Source of the DNA: an uncultured virus (IMG/VR IMGVR_UViG_3300021387_000008)
Lineage: Duplodnaviria > Heunggongvirae > Uroviricota > Caudoviricetes > Crassvirales
Strand: one strand, 5' to 3'
IMG/VR virus record: IMGVR_UViG_3300021387_000008
Length of the DNA stretch: 64,000 bases
The notes under the pieces are model-generated. The model did not search any database and was not told the origin of the DNA. It was given only the letters and a program-made list of their open reading frames with translations. The translations under genes and the position numbers were made by a program. This document shows positions 37,901-46,258 of this stretch, one piece after another. The stretch's first letter is position 1. Every line of letters starts with the position of its first letter.

Positions 37901-38716
37901 TTGCCATTTGTTGCCAGCCTTTTCAGAACTCTTAAGTTTATTTAAAGTATTAAAGTAGTTCTTAATATCTTGGTCAACACCAATCATAAAATCCTTATGT
38001 TCTCCACTATGTTCAAAAGCAGCAATGGTATCATCTGGATTTGTATCTGTAGGATTTTCTCCATTCTCAGGTTCATTAACTTCATTATCTTCTGTTACAC
38101 TAAGAGCCTCAGCTAACTTATACTCTCCAAAAGTATCATCTTTTTCAAACTTAACACTACCTAGTTTTTGATGAGAAAATACATTAAGAAAGAATTCATC
38201 AGCATAAGAAATGCCTGTGTCTTCATTAATAGCGTTATTAAAAGCTTCATTGTACCAAGCAATAATATTATCGTTAGATTCCGAAGTACCTTTAAGCATT
38301 TCAGAAACGTAGGCAACATTTCCAGCATAAATACCTGTTTTAGCATCATAACCAAGTTGCTTTTTAATTTCTTCTTTAAACTCTTTAGTAGTATTACCTT
38401 TCTCTCTAGCTATTCTAGCAATAACAACATTGCTTAATTCAATACGAATAGCATTTTTGAGAAAAGATTTCATACTACCAGTAACTCTTTGGTTGGCTTG
38501 ACGTCTAACCTTATCAAGCACTTTAGCACCAAAAACAGCTGAGTGTTGCACAGCTTCATTTCGCCATGCAACACTTGAATAATTGTTGGCTCTTACTTTT
38601 TCGTTGATAGATTCACTAACCTGTTCAATATTTGCTTGAGCATCTATATCCCAATTAGTTCTATCAGTGTTTACTTTACGTGTTGTCTTAGCAACACTGC
38701 AATTCATACCACCCAT
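25934..38716 (-). CDS. giant virion-packaged RNA polymerase (crAss-type)
   Basis: 4260 aa; catalytic loop GSDFDIDS preceded by GYRIPTEGKQS; DFDID is the motif known from crAss-like/phi14:2 virion RNAPs. Confidence 0.9.
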   Translation of the reverse strand: MGGMNCSVAKTTRKVNTDRTNWDIDAQANIEQVSESINEKVRANNYSSVAWRNEAVQHSAVFGAKVLDKVRRQANQRVTGSMKSFLKNAIRIELSNVVIARIAREKGNTTKEFKEEIKKQLGYDAKTGIYAGNVAYVSEMLKGTSESNDNIIAWYNEAFNNAINEDTGISYADEFFLNVFSHQKLGSVKFEKDDTFGEYKLAEALSVTEDNEVNEPENGENPTDTNPDDTIAAFEHSGEHKDFMIGVDQDIKNYFNTLNKLKSSEKAGNKWQLDKENLYEIVNTMDARSCSSVLFHQGDFTDDVAMVESIKRIARQCAGFEAFMKFAEDLENDADFRYKVYNSFAKRIMSKLETVVDEKNGKPNLANKRSNAVTALAFEFRNTIKSTAVSVNNYEIEDKFEELDKYLRLNPDMPYSQFLNLIAKQPNEEHVLKYIGDLTSLLQTYYPTIDRYGIANYLYNATDANGNVNVSANLSNLTNALKRTINAAKRTAVAYNSLQYDIATEKNIKKKQALYNTDYVDNSNYREAQALAEYLAPYSVVRVDLNSRNTEGKLSSDVLNNNFLTNFINTLQSSLNRKFKDAEGNVTYAQDCPLQHFKEFKFKSTQYNLSNILVEKIEDGRVVNRGLFRREGNGYVPTEYATDLLRISKFNGATSFDNGKNTLYSKMSKADYITTAFINFFNTDGSINGTPMANYFMRIPSDSGTQFVVTAPRYQISQTGPNALRTSDGKINRNHPIFKQFKYAFLQELIDMGDAINTIFVTDENGVVTRAHKNGKDVLQFNPGFENKPTSKLYKKYHYNGEVVKGFGTDNETLTGNVFKSNKFTIVKADGTEINYGQEFIDNFVDFLYGGGISTNTNESVKFIKENGRIAGVNLDAQSQEFRDGLDAMIENFIADYTREAINRIQGSKKFIKESNSSLFGEDKEDKEFNRKVSEFALNTHLMYMNFDDLFEGSSKFYGSAQDFLKRAKEVQGSGVPYGIVNYNNSFTITAKTPKEGALLNSKEVIDRIGNIGQYDSFRAITIVNTVRTPVEAEYKKADGSGKDGVLVKKLSQNFATQAGRKRPNENDKQRARNMMAGFAGAKVNDAQSYITFEEWVRRIAARGQLMKHLPLIEKIQKGETLTDTEMDAFVQVQKNFYYDQYYDEQTGVIVPRQIKNAEFVLVPQFIKGTQLEQIYNLMKKHDIDQLNTEETSKAGKHNVLTLWDNEGNLTQKNLDDFDAKADGAAEYFNYNYLYTQQETPQHVNAENKAGIQIMKKIIDNIPVGHKLYPVKQRFMELYSANVQSAFNTLMSELNVETDENGYPILNEDGQIKGLDYKKLYDMFREEAERLGVDSNISDYFTLDEQVLDNVAQTLMPNFFSNVSSRVESVAQALFNSRITRQKLPGFHGAQVTQIGFKKENIQINDALRYHSRLNEDGTEEYAPYIEVMLPKSNFGLSGYDNATALKMIQEAGVDELIGYRIPTEGKQSVAVMKVVGFTDDAQGSTIIVPDGWVPQTGSDFDIDSIYGIQFHFYVSKDGKVHKAEYNEDKFQAYKNYVFSHLSNEELNAIKDNSTITAEDVADGMKTADANAEFMSDLKHYAKLHNLETWENYQKKDISLINSKEARDNEILNCMMTILKDDSSLEENLGRSNFDDISNTDEDNLGAIQKMMSPTERSRRQKRSPYNFFDQADYQDDAMSGAKLKGFSVTRDNLCSVCNTVHPVVKTDAYVMLYDATKYDIKELKEAFGEQNVNPSKDKKYIQVRHKTFGWSRNNKNVVGRILTSYSSETTAHILDAIKEGAAPNVNDFTFAVYKSFVDVGSDYDTAIGFMAQPAVSRIVSAYNNNKSIFTGFNTNPIQQAIRSLAGEIGIKTTEKKGKTTKGVSLNKIVKAINENEELGKAFEELFGVKLDIKSIKGNEAEFENFALPTYLLKDRIDESGIFASSPVKENDDKAKLTRAAFDLGILLKYFQYAQFSQRIGDVARVMNPDKFGAKKNIYETSKVFDDIQELIDKKDIPLQVMVGRNEDGTPNIVSILEAVYPGIGDGDVETFMKAKPERKSSYPPLYSFLKYATAPSVVINRTLFETQNEDFVKAVNMLKVALGFDSRISEKQYTDYQKYILGEIYSEIPFIKHPVIFNQKDNTFDIETPADNDPKDEKERKSKQGEVARIYGFGAPSDIDFKPQRLYKPTKADIKQWSKMSPAQKVLWIQQNAKNPGIFGLFKVDLRNNNRDGSQTIEFAEDSVNIEDAYSMFNNAFYNENPLIRLAAADLIKYSFVVEGFQMSQHAVNKVIRNTPLMQSIEEGGTGIVSYMRDAVRDVRHQVNTKEALMRYVRSHDVQGMPKIKINDLNPRALVDENNWETYPDYENGQKVERQRHPSTGVLIIQLNDNNIATLIENNMVRILDNGDIDCCSFFKTTGHKGKTYRFEIKNGVAYAYPLNKLQPNEHTKWSTRLENNEQPSAEYFEAIIDGRTDTSKKADFMSPITYKVQRVANFEMSELKDNTVSKINRASSEILKGNVYYLWSPELAEKLPKPGDMTVQEIDGVVYDITRAGTKIADVQKKYLGENKDVTIASRDVAYNDLINNSNYGLRAMGFKKPSLDVFQVKAHKSVEVVITPEEMMSDTTEDLGELSVYAIFDNAAQGDRIAEDARRMLSERGINKENPVGSTEDGLFIISNYLNRVVDRINDQLQHFQTEDGRVYKVTDPELIDYIRNNPEERRRYLKLLLDARKIKRQFEAYSAFDTSSHDPMLKRYLDNIKKKVVELDEALTSNGLELFANDYLAKVSSNPLLKWNNKLESDIITLLDGFYGSGMIEAMINDTQEMPNPLIQIITKEVMADIRAKEMAAEERVSEFEKTVAAIKKEAEAAGMSINWDNIVDKTGKLIQPYKDSFIDDYAALRKNVEDIKNTRLPDGTIDYKALNKAQLALDKWLNDNVELALKGDTKDEFGLPIKSFYTKKIELEQNMINNHEEIFARYKALLAKRRDIVSHLNTNDSDPRWEKELRDVDLELKGLTASMNYDHDSHTFSSKTGKELEDAKALSNYKTDIKKLYDEYYDKEENAGFREDLEENLRVIKEAERRDKYGVPQASQEELKHNERYQQAATWLKKNAIFSPNPEVYEKVNAAFKALRNGSKKSKTSEILKLVATNADAYDVKGRVDGRKLNVEQQRNLTKTQQEEYNNQANADSVAASLINSAGEVDEVYTKDFYKLLYREGYAKSAEYKAKVKEINDILSQHYGNSKTINWVDMTTDELNKLANLYRELREIKEDIEFSWSSRYAKLHSENIDYVINQENFDIARNAAELAGMDMNLWDSVNTEFVTEDGKKVRKPNRLIYGKAVPTAEARAKKNAKTGKLIYIDEAKTEALKTIRGYMVTEPSEYYFEEYARRKKEGVDADGRTFEEWYADNHVYNPYSRTMIPNRSWMISRLNDANEGTWEPGFNQTHSIPKEEYKNPNHKDGISLGINYKDNGGKYKNDVHQNEYEKKLQAEVYNLLMALAKVETAKRFFEEGNMPIMSKDEEHDLRFYLKEAAKGVGWIEDTNTGKELDEGINYANDYIPSMPMTAKLRDVKIEAKKPEKPEFKEGDDVDEYNKKLDEYNKALAKYEVEREKYNQDQLNRNWEEVIKRFIKEAAHYNAVQDNRLMLYYGQEILKNQMMYDTNLGKSNLKIDKRKSKGNKVVYQTRDSKREYEQYTNWLRRLMFNQWKHDNPRWTRWANLMQSFTSANFMMMNIRGGIANVTLGETQILAEAFAKEYFGTKEYLKGKAIWMSNVPDYLSHMYDEKSSTVAGALIKFMNVVDFDEWTGVVHADLDPATYLKRARDMMFSPQTMGEHFMQNGAMFSIMLSHRLYENKNPELNGKTKYIVKGRAEVIRDAHEDALFEILKDNEALKKEFEEFRKSQLSDDNVRKEFAWFRKDMTTEFMERLDKDKQKKFIELRKDFEKKALEDFDKQPDVMSQFKLGDNGKLAFADGSILFQLNNSAETNSDVNDAYKILGALKGRVISVNKKIHGVYDRMGSAQLEKYWWGALAMQYHKHIYPGIMKRYRKHGYYNEERGTIEKGCYNALIDFLAIPIRKYRQDMKDNEVTGMEGLQNLFKHVADFCLNVNTHWNLLPDYERANIARNLGDVCGVLAAVAIAIGLRALGDDDDEDGIIYNLCLYEADRLASESFQFNPYGAWVEAKKLWSNPVAVQSIVNDVLSSMGTMSQILLEGEDYDPYYHSGKYSGQHKLRVYIERRIPVWRGINAIVNIADDNHYYKLGDNMLNIIPVKDIAEWIKE

Positions 38717-38719
38717 AAT

Positions 38720-41700
38720 TTATTTACATTTAATTGATATTTCACCATTATTAATTTGTCTTGCAATTTCAGCTCTATCTTCAGGAGGATACGATTGTAT
38801 ATAATCAGCAATAGACGCTACGCTTTCATATTCTTCTGTTGTAGAACTTAGAGGAAGTTCTTTTAAATCCTCATCAAAAATACTTTCAGTATTAAAGAAT
38901 CTTTCTATGTTCTCATCAGATGTTTCATATAAATTTTTAAGATTTTCTTTAGTATATTTTATAAGTCTTGGAGAATACTCTTTAACAATTTCACCTTTAT
39001 TATTATTCAAATACTTTATATATTCAGATTGAGGCATATCATATAAGTATATTTCTCCATTTATTCTAACAGCAACAACAGAATGATGAATTTGTTTATC
39101 ATTTATAGGAGATTTTGCCCAAATTGTAACAGGTTTAGCATAATATGTTCCTCTAATATTTGGTTTACCAAATACATCAATAATAGAAGTTAAAACCTTA
39201 ATTTGTGTGTTATCACAAATATTGGCAGCTTCTGTTGGAGTATCTATAATATGTCCAATAGACCAGTGCTTTTTAGGCATAAATGACATAGTTGGAAGAG
39301 ATTTTTCTTCTCCTACAACTTCTGTTGTAGAACTATATTCATCATCTTCATCACTTGAAGTATTAGCCAAACCTTGATAAACGTTTTTGTTTTCTGGTTC
39401 TTTAGTACTTACTTCTTCTGATGTGTCCTCAATAACATTTTCATTCTCATTTTCTGTTTCTTGCTTTTGTTCAACATTTGTTTCATTTTCAAATTGTAAA
39501 GTAAGTTCTGCGCTACTATCCATAGCTTTTCTAAGAGCTTCAAATTCTTGTGCATAAAGAGAATCATTTTTAATATTTATTCCCATTATCTTAGCAAGAA
39601 GTTTCATTATCTTATTAAGCAAAGTATCACGTTTACGTTCTCTCATATTAACTTTAGAAAGACCTGTAATACTATTAAGATATTCAGCAAGTTCTACTGA
39701 TGTAAGACTATCTACCAGGAACTCTTCCAACCTTACTTCTTCATTTTCTTTGCTAAGATACTTATATTTTTTGAAATTATCGTAAAAATCATCAACAGAT
39801 TTATTGATTTTATACTTTTTTAAGTATTCCTCTAAAATCGGTTTACTAACTTCAGGATTATCTAAATTCTCAACAAAAGTATCATAAATAGTTTTAATAT
39901 CCTTTATAAAATGTTCATTACCGTTAGAATGAAGAATATCGTGAAGACGCTCGTGAATAAGTTTTCTAATAGCTTGCTTTCTATAAGCAGGATTTGTGTG
40001 ACTAAGCATAGTCATAAATCTAGGACCTATAGTTGTAACTTTAGTAGACTTATTAAATGAAGCATTAAGATTAGCTCTACCTTCTCCTGTATTAAAGTTA
40101 GCATCAAATACAAGATTATGAGGAAGCAAATCATAAGTACTCAAAGTTGTAACAGTATCATCATCAAATATCAATCTAGCTAAAGCTGCAGCTTTATCAG
40201 TTCTAGTACTTGAAACAATATTATTAGCTTGAGTAGCAACATCTTGTTCAGCAGGCTGAGCATATTCCTCATTTCTCTCTACGGGGGAGCTAGTAACAAT
40301 CTTATATCTTACATTAGGATTAGATGAAGTTCTAGTAAAATTATTACCGTGTTCATTAGGCATAGTATTTACTCTTACCAAATCATTATCTAAGATAAAA
40401 TCGTTATAAGAATCAAAAGTGAAAGTTTCATTTCCAATCTTAACAACAAATTTACCATCCTTGTTTCTAGTAGCAAGACCAGTTACTTGATTACGCTTAT
40501 TATTATCACTAGCTATATAATTTTCCGCAATATTAAATTGAAGAGTATCAGCTAAGAACTTTCTAATTTCTTCAGATATAGTGTTTAAATTTGCAAAAGT
40601 TATTGTTATTTCTGTTTTTATTGTTTTACTAGAATCGTTTGGATTTGGTCTAGTAATACGTACTATATGATTCCCAGCTTTATTATAGAATATATGTAAA
40701 TCTATTCTAGGACTATATCTCCGTTCTCTAACTCCCAAGTGTGTACCTAAACCAATAGAATCACTATTATTAGGACTAACTTTTTCACAATTATCCATAT
40801 GGAATAACGGAGTAGTATCATTTTTATAATTAAGAGCTTCAAATAAGAAATCTTGAAGTTCTCTAAATGTACTTTCAGCGTTATTAGGATTAGCAGCTAT
40901 TTGTTTAAGATAATAATCTATTCTATGTCTAAAAGCTGTAACTATTTTTGTCGCTTCTGAACCACTAGTCAAATGTTTAGCTGTAATAGGATATGCTTGA
41001 GCATAAGCAGTCTTACCTTGAGATAAAGGAAATACTACAAAAGTATTAGAATAATCAACACCAGGGGCTAAAATATTTACAGGAATTGTAACTTTATCAT
41101 TTTCTTTTTTAACAACTGCTGCAATAGTACCAGCCTCTCTTGTAGCAACACCAATAGATACCCTGCCTTTGTAATTCCTACCAATAGCTTTACTAGCTTT
41201 AGGAAGTTTATCTACTTCTGATGGTATTACATTACGGTTTTCATCAGTAAGTTTATCAATAGCCCTAATAAGAAAACCATCAGTAATTTGATCTACTACA
41301 ACTTTAGCATCTTTATTTTGAGCAAGCTCATTAGCGGCTACATATTCTTGTACAAGATTGTTAAACCAAGCATCAATTGCGGCATCTGCACTACCATAAC
41401 GTACAGCAAAGTTAGCCATAGTTCTGATAGTTTGTAACATATTATCGTCTACATTGTCGTATTCTTTTCCTGTTTCTTTATTAATAGTATTAATACCATA
41501 TTCATTCTTAATAGCTTGCCAAGTTTTATTATCTTTAAGACTTACACCACCAACTAAAGCAGCATCCTTAATCTCTTTAAGTTCACCTTCCTCTGCGTTG
41601 GCTATAGCCTTAAATACATCAGCAAGTCTGGAAGAATATGTATCTTTTCCTTCAGGTTTAATTCTAAACATAAAGTATCCATAAGGAGAACTATATGTAT

Positions 41701-44700
41701 TATTTTTAACTCTAGGAATACCGATATATCCTACAGGCTTACCTTCAAACTCAAAGTAAATTCTATCTTTAGAAGTATCTTTAACAACCTCTAATTCTTG
41801 ACCTTGTTCAAGTTGGTCAAATACTTCTTTATCAACAATTTCTCTAGTATTAATTCTATGATTCTCTTCTCTAATAGCTTTGTCTATTCTTTCTTCTACG
41901 GGCGTTTTAACCTTATCTAGAAAGTCAGGAGCAGCTACTTCATCTTTACTTTCAATAACTTCGTATTGAGATTTAGCATCATCAGAAAGGAGATAATTAG
42001 AAAGAACATTGTAAAGAAGTTCAGCATTTTCATTATTCTGAAATTCTCCATTACAGTATCTAAGAAGATTCTCAAGACTAATTACATATTTACCATTAGA
42101 TTTCTTTTGACCAATATCTTTAAGATAGGCTTTAACAAGTTTCTCAACTTCCTTTTTAAAAGAAGTCTTAAACCTATAACCTAATCTACTATCAGGAGCT
42201 TCTTCGGTAGTACTACTTTGCAAACTGTTAATAAGAGTATCAACAATTTCTGGATACTTTTTAGCAAGACGTTGCATAGCTCTATTCCAAGATTCTTTAG
42301 CAAGTCTTTCAAATTCTTCATCATTGTCGATAGCAGCTCTTACATCAGAAAGACTAGCAAGATAAGTTTCATAAGTAACTTCTTTACCATCTTTTAAATC
42401 TAAAGCAGCTTGTCTAGCAGCACCCGAAATTTTAGGAATATAATCAAGAGGGTCAGCACCTCTAACAGGAGCTTCAGGTTCTTTTTCTTTCTTTTCTTCT
42501 TGTTCTTCTTCAGCAGGTTGAGTACCGACAGGTTGTGTAAGCACCCCTGTAGAAGAAACTGATGAAGTAGCATTAACCTTACCTAAAACTTGATTAACTT
42601 CATCATCATTAAGACCATAAGTAGCTTTTATATTATTTATAGCCTCTTCTCTAGTTTTAAAAGCAACAGAATTTAATTTGTTCTTAAGAGATGTATTATT
42701 ATTTATCTCATTAACTGCTGCATTTACAACATCTTCTCTAACATTAGACTTAATAGGATTTTGTACAAGACCTTGAGCAATAACTTCTATTTCTCCATTA
42801 GTTTTAAACTTTACTATTGGGTCACGAGTAACAGTTGCGCCATCCATAGGAGTTTGCTCTAATTCAAATAGAGTTGTGTTACTTATAAGACCTGGAAGTT
42901 GAGAATTATTTATTGCACTAAATGTTAATTCAAAATTACCATTACCAAGATTACGAACAGGAATAGCACCTGGAACATCTTGATTTTCTACACTTGTAGT
43001 AACAAGAGTACCATTTTGGGCTTGTGTTATAGTCACAAACTTAGGGGCATTTTGGGTTGAAACATCGCCTATTTGCCCATTTCCTTGCCTTGTGGCTTGT
43101 TGTTGTGCGCTTGCTGATTGATTAATCGGCTGCCCCGTTTGTTGCGCTGAATTTGAATTTTGAGATGCAGAAGAATTTTCAGCTCCCTCAGTATTTTGTT
43201 TGTCATTAGCATCAACTTGAGCTTGAGTAGCTTTTATAAGCATCAAACTTTTACCAAGTCTATCAAACAAATCTCTATTCTTAACATCTGCCATATTAAG
43301 AACCTTAGCAGCTTCTTTTATTTGGTCACGTTCTTCTTCAGTAAGACCATTTGTATCAACCAAGAAATCAGCTGTGTTAGAATCATTGTAGATATTATTC
43401 ATAACATAAAGAAGATTCATATCTTTATGCTTTCTTTGAATTTCAGCAAGATTCTTAAATTGTTCTTCTATTGCTTGTTTACGAGCAACATTTTCGATGT
43501 TATTAATAGCGTCTACATAGTGAGTAATCTCACTTTCAGTTTCAGCAAGTTTTGCTTGTTCTTTAATCTTTTCAAGTTCAATTCTAGAAAGAATATCATA
43601 ATTCTCACTGAGTTTTGGGTCAATACTATCTAGATATTGTAAAGCATTTTGAAGTTTATTATTGGAATCTGTAGGAAGAACATAGCGCATATCACTTGTT
43701 ATCTTTCTAAGTTCTCCAACAACAGCTTCTGCACTAACTTCTCTTTTTTCTTGACCTGTTTCATCAAAGACATAACTCAAATCACTAACAAGCATTTGGT
43801 CAAGATTTGTAATTAAATCCAAATCACTTGTAGTAACTTTAAATTGTTTTCTGTCAGGAGAATATTCTCTAACTGCGGAGTTAGCTACTTGAAGAGCATA
43901 AAGAGTTCTAGCAAACTGAGCTTCGGTTGAAGTTTGAAGAGCCTTTCTCTTAATCACATTAATTTGAGTATTAAGTTCTTCAATATCAAATTGTCTAGTA
44001 AGAGTAGGATGTTCTGCTTGCTGAGCTTCAAGTTCTTTTCTTTCTGCAATAAGACCAGATAGTTCTTGAATAGTAGTCTTAAGAGAAATCATACCTTGAT
44101 AATCAATAGCAGAATCTAACTTTTCACCTACTACTTGTTTAATTCTTTCAGTATCTTCGTTGTATAAAGCTGCAACTTCGTCATAACGCTCAAGATTTAA
44201 GCGATGACGAACATTAGCAGAAGCAATCATCTGAACATATTCAGCAGGAAGAGAAACACCTTTTCTGTCTGCAATCTTATCAGCTATATCGGAAGCATGA
44301 ATTATTTCATTTTGATAAAGATTATCAATTTTCTTAACTCGTTCTGATGCTTTAGCTGCAGCAGCTTCTGCTTCTTCTTTAGATATTTGATTATTAGCAT
44401 CACCTTCCATATAAGCTTGAACAATAGCTTCTCTTACATTTTCATCTTGGAGATAAGAATCAAGCATTCTAAGAGTACCATTGTTTCTAGCATTAATAAT
44501 AAGTTCATCAAGATATTCGGTATAGGCTTTTTCTCTAAGCATTCTTTCTTCTACAGGGGAGCTAATATCTTGTTGCGTACCATCTTCTTTTTTAATATAT
44601 GGATTCTTACCACTATTAATCTGACGCATAACAGATTTAAAGGTTTCAAGTTTTACATTTCTACCTTTAATATCTCCTACCATTCTTTCAGTTTCACTAA

Positions 44701-46252
44701 GTTGGTCAAGCTGCCACCAATGAGGAGTAAGTTTAGCTTCTTTAGTTTCATCGTCATCTTTATTAACAGATTTCTTAGCATCTTGTCTATTTTTAAAAGT
44801 TTGAGAAACTCTATTTAAAGCGTTACCACCACCTTGGAATACTACACCACCAAGAACACCCCAGAAAGCAGAATCCCAAAGACCAGCATCATTGATATAA
44901 TCATTAAGTATTCTACGACTCATAGGACCAAGACTACTAAGTAATTCCATATCTTCAGGACTACCTTCTTCGCCACTAAGTATATATTTACCAAGATGAG
45001 TACCTTCTTGTTGTGCTATATAGTTAACAGCTTCTTCTACGCCTTCGGATAGTTCAGATTTAATTTGACGACCTGCGCCAATAAATCTATCTCCAAACCA
45101 ATGACCAGCTTTAGCCCATTTGGAATCTTTAGCAAGTTCTGCAGCAGCTTGTTCTTCTGTCATACCAGCAGTTCTAATAGATTCTCTTTGAGCTCTACGT
45201 GTAGCAGCAGAACCATTAAATCTAGGAGCATGAGTAAGCATATTCCTAAGTCCATAGATTTGGTAAGCATCAAAAATCACATTAGCAAAATCAAGTTGGA
45301 AAGTTCTATCAGCAGAAGTTCTAGCTATTTGTTTAGCAACAGCATCTCTATCGTTGATATCTATACCTGAATCTTCAAGATAGTCAGCATTACGATTAAC
45401 AAAATTAGCATACTCTTCTTGTGACATCCCCTGTAGAGAAGATGACATATTAGCATATGTGTCGTTATATGTTTGTCTAGCTTCTTGATAATTCTCCATT
45501 GTTCTACTAAGAGCAGCATTAATACCTGTTTCAGCATAGACTCCCATTTCAGCACCAGTTATACCACTTCTACCTACAGAGTGTAAAAGAGGATTAGCAA
45601 CTGCTCTAGCTGCTCTATTAGCATATCTAGAAACTTTTGTAGCTTTACCTACCCAAGATAAAGCTTTTGTAATACCTGTACTAGGAATAAGAAGAGTAAG
45701 AGAAGAAGCAATAGATGGCATATTACTCATCCACCAACCAAAGTCTGTAAGACCTCCATTTTTAATATTTTTATTTGGGTCTACAAACACAGGAGCCCAA
45801 TTTTTAAATTCTTCTTGCTTTTCTTCAAGATATTGACTAACAGGATTACTATAATCTTTGTCAGACAATCCAACACTTTGACCTACAAAATCAAATAAAT
45901 CAGAAAGTCCTTTAGCTGTTCCTAAACCTATTTCACTAATGAGAGTTTGACTTAACGCATTACCAAGTTTAGACCAATTAGATTGACGCTCTGCTAAAAT
46001 ACGTTGATAATCATCAAAACTATCTCCTTCTCTAGGAGTTATACCATAATTTATATATTTCTCAAAATCTTCTACATTACCAATCCTATTTAAATCTCCT
46101 CGTTTAGCAGCCTCAAAAAACATATCGGCACTAGTACTAGGAGCATATTTAGGATCATCAGTAATTAGATACTTTGGTTGTCCATTTCCTTTTTTATATG
46201 AAGGATTTGGAACATGATACCCATCACTATTAAGAATTGCACCTATATCCAT
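38720..46252 (-). CDS. giant ejected cargo protein with zincin-like domain
   Basis: 2510 aa; N-terminal Gly/Ala-rich hydrophobic helices; IHERLH...EEF zincin motif; adjacent to RNAP. Confidence 0.75.
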   Translation of the reverse strand: MDIGAILNSDGYHVPNPSYKKGNGQPKYLITDDPKYAPSTSADMFFEAAKRGDLNRIGNVEDFEKYINYGITPREGDSFDDYQRILAERQSNWSKLGNALSQTLISEIGLGTAKGLSDLFDFVGQSVGLSDKDYSNPVSQYLEEKQEEFKNWAPVFVDPNKNIKNGGLTDFGWWMSNMPSIASSLTLLIPSTGITKALSWVGKATKVSRYANRAARAVANPLLHSVGRSGITGAEMGVYAETGINAALSRTMENYQEARQTYNDTYANMSSSLQGMSQEEYANFVNRNADYLEDSGIDINDRDAVAKQIARTSADRTFQLDFANVIFDAYQIYGLRNMLTHAPRFNGSAATRRAQRESIRTAGMTEEQAAAELAKDSKWAKAGHWFGDRFIGAGRQIKSELSEGVEEAVNYIAQQEGTHLGKYILSGEEGSPEDMELLSSLGPMSRRILNDYINDAGLWDSAFWGVLGGVVFQGGGNALNRVSQTFKNRQDAKKSVNKDDDETKEAKLTPHWWQLDQLSETERMVGDIKGRNVKLETFKSVMRQINSGKNPYIKKEDGTQQDISSPVEERMLREKAYTEYLDELIINARNNGTLRMLDSYLQDENVREAIVQAYMEGDANNQISKEEAEAAAAKASERVKKIDNLYQNEIIHASDIADKIADRKGVSLPAEYVQMIASANVRHRLNLERYDEVAALYNEDTERIKQVVGEKLDSAIDYQGMISLKTTIQELSGLIAERKELEAQQAEHPTLTRQFDIEELNTQINVIKRKALQTSTEAQFARTLYALQVANSAVREYSPDRKQFKVTTSDLDLITNLDQMLVSDLSYVFDETGQEKREVSAEAVVGELRKITSDMRYVLPTDSNNKLQNALQYLDSIDPKLSENYDILSRIELEKIKEQAKLAETESEITHYVDAINNIENVARKQAIEEQFKNLAEIQRKHKDMNLLYVMNNIYNDSNTADFLVDTNGLTEEERDQIKEAAKVLNMADVKNRDLFDRLGKSLMLIKATQAQVDANDKQNTEGAENSSASQNSNSAQQTGQPINQSASAQQQATRQGNGQIGDVSTQNAPKFVTITQAQNGTLVTTSVENQDVPGAIPVRNLGNGNFELTFSAINNSQLPGLISNTTLFELEQTPMDGATVTRDPIVKFKTNGEIEVIAQGLVQNPIKSNVREDVVNAAVNEINNNTSLKNKLNSVAFKTREEAINNIKATYGLNDDEVNQVLGKVNATSSVSSTGVLTQPVGTQPAEEEQEEKKEKEPEAPVRGADPLDYIPKISGAARQAALDLKDGKEVTYETYLASLSDVRAAIDNDEEFERLAKESWNRAMQRLAKKYPEIVDTLINSLQSSTTEEAPDSRLGYRFKTSFKKEVEKLVKAYLKDIGQKKSNGKYVISLENLLRYCNGEFQNNENAELLYNVLSNYLLSDDAKSQYEVIESKDEVAAPDFLDKVKTPVEERIDKAIREENHRINTREIVDKEVFDQLEQGQELEVVKDTSKDRIYFEFEGKPVGYIGIPRVKNNTYSSPYGYFMFRIKPEGKDTYSSRLADVFKAIANAEEGELKEIKDAALVGGVSLKDNKTWQAIKNEYGINTINKETGKEYDNVDDNMLQTIRTMANFAVRYGSADAAIDAWFNNLVQEYVAANELAQNKDAKVVVDQITDGFLIRAIDKLTDENRNVIPSEVDKLPKASKAIGRNYKGRVSIGVATREAGTIAAVVKKENDKVTIPVNILAPGVDYSNTFVVFPLSQGKTAYAQAYPITAKHLTSGSEATKIVTAFRHRIDYYLKQIAANPNNAESTFRELQDFLFEALNYKNDTTPLFHMDNCEKVSPNNSDSIGLGTHLGVRERRYSPRIDLHIFYNKAGNHIVRITRPNPNDSSKTIKTEITITFANLNTISEEIRKFLADTLQFNIAENYIASDNNKRNQVTGLATRNKDGKFVVKIGNETFTFDSYNDFILDNDLVRVNTMPNEHGNNFTRTSSNPNVRYKIVTSSPVERNEEYAQPAEQDVATQANNIVSSTRTDKAAALARLIFDDDTVTTLSTYDLLPHNLVFDANFNTGEGRANLNASFNKSTKVTTIGPRFMTMLSHTNPAYRKQAIRKLIHERLHDILHSNGNEHFIKDIKTIYDTFVENLDNPEVSKPILEEYLKKYKINKSVDDFYDNFKKYKYLSKENEEVRLEEFLVDSLTSVELAEYLNSITGLSKVNMRERKRDTLLNKIMKLLAKIMGINIKNDSLYAQEFEALRKAMDSSAELTLQFENETNVEQKQETENENENVIEDTSEEVSTKEPENKNVYQGLANTSSDEDDEYSSTTEVVGEEKSLPTMSFMPKKHWSIGHIIDTPTEAANICDNTQIKVLTSIIDVFGKPNIRGTYYAKPVTIWAKSPINDKQIHHSVVAVRINGEIYLYDMPQSEYIKYLNNNKGEIVKEYSPRLIKYTKENLKNLYETSDENIERFFNTESIFDEDLKELPLSSTTEEYESVASIADYIQSYPPEDRAEIARQINNGEISIKCK
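43069..43161 (+). repeat. family B copy 4 (inside a CDS linker)
   Basis: CTATTTG@43069, TGATTGATTAATCGGCT@+46, GCTGAATTTGAATTTT@+77. Confidence 0.8.
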
Positions 46253-46258
46253 ATATTA

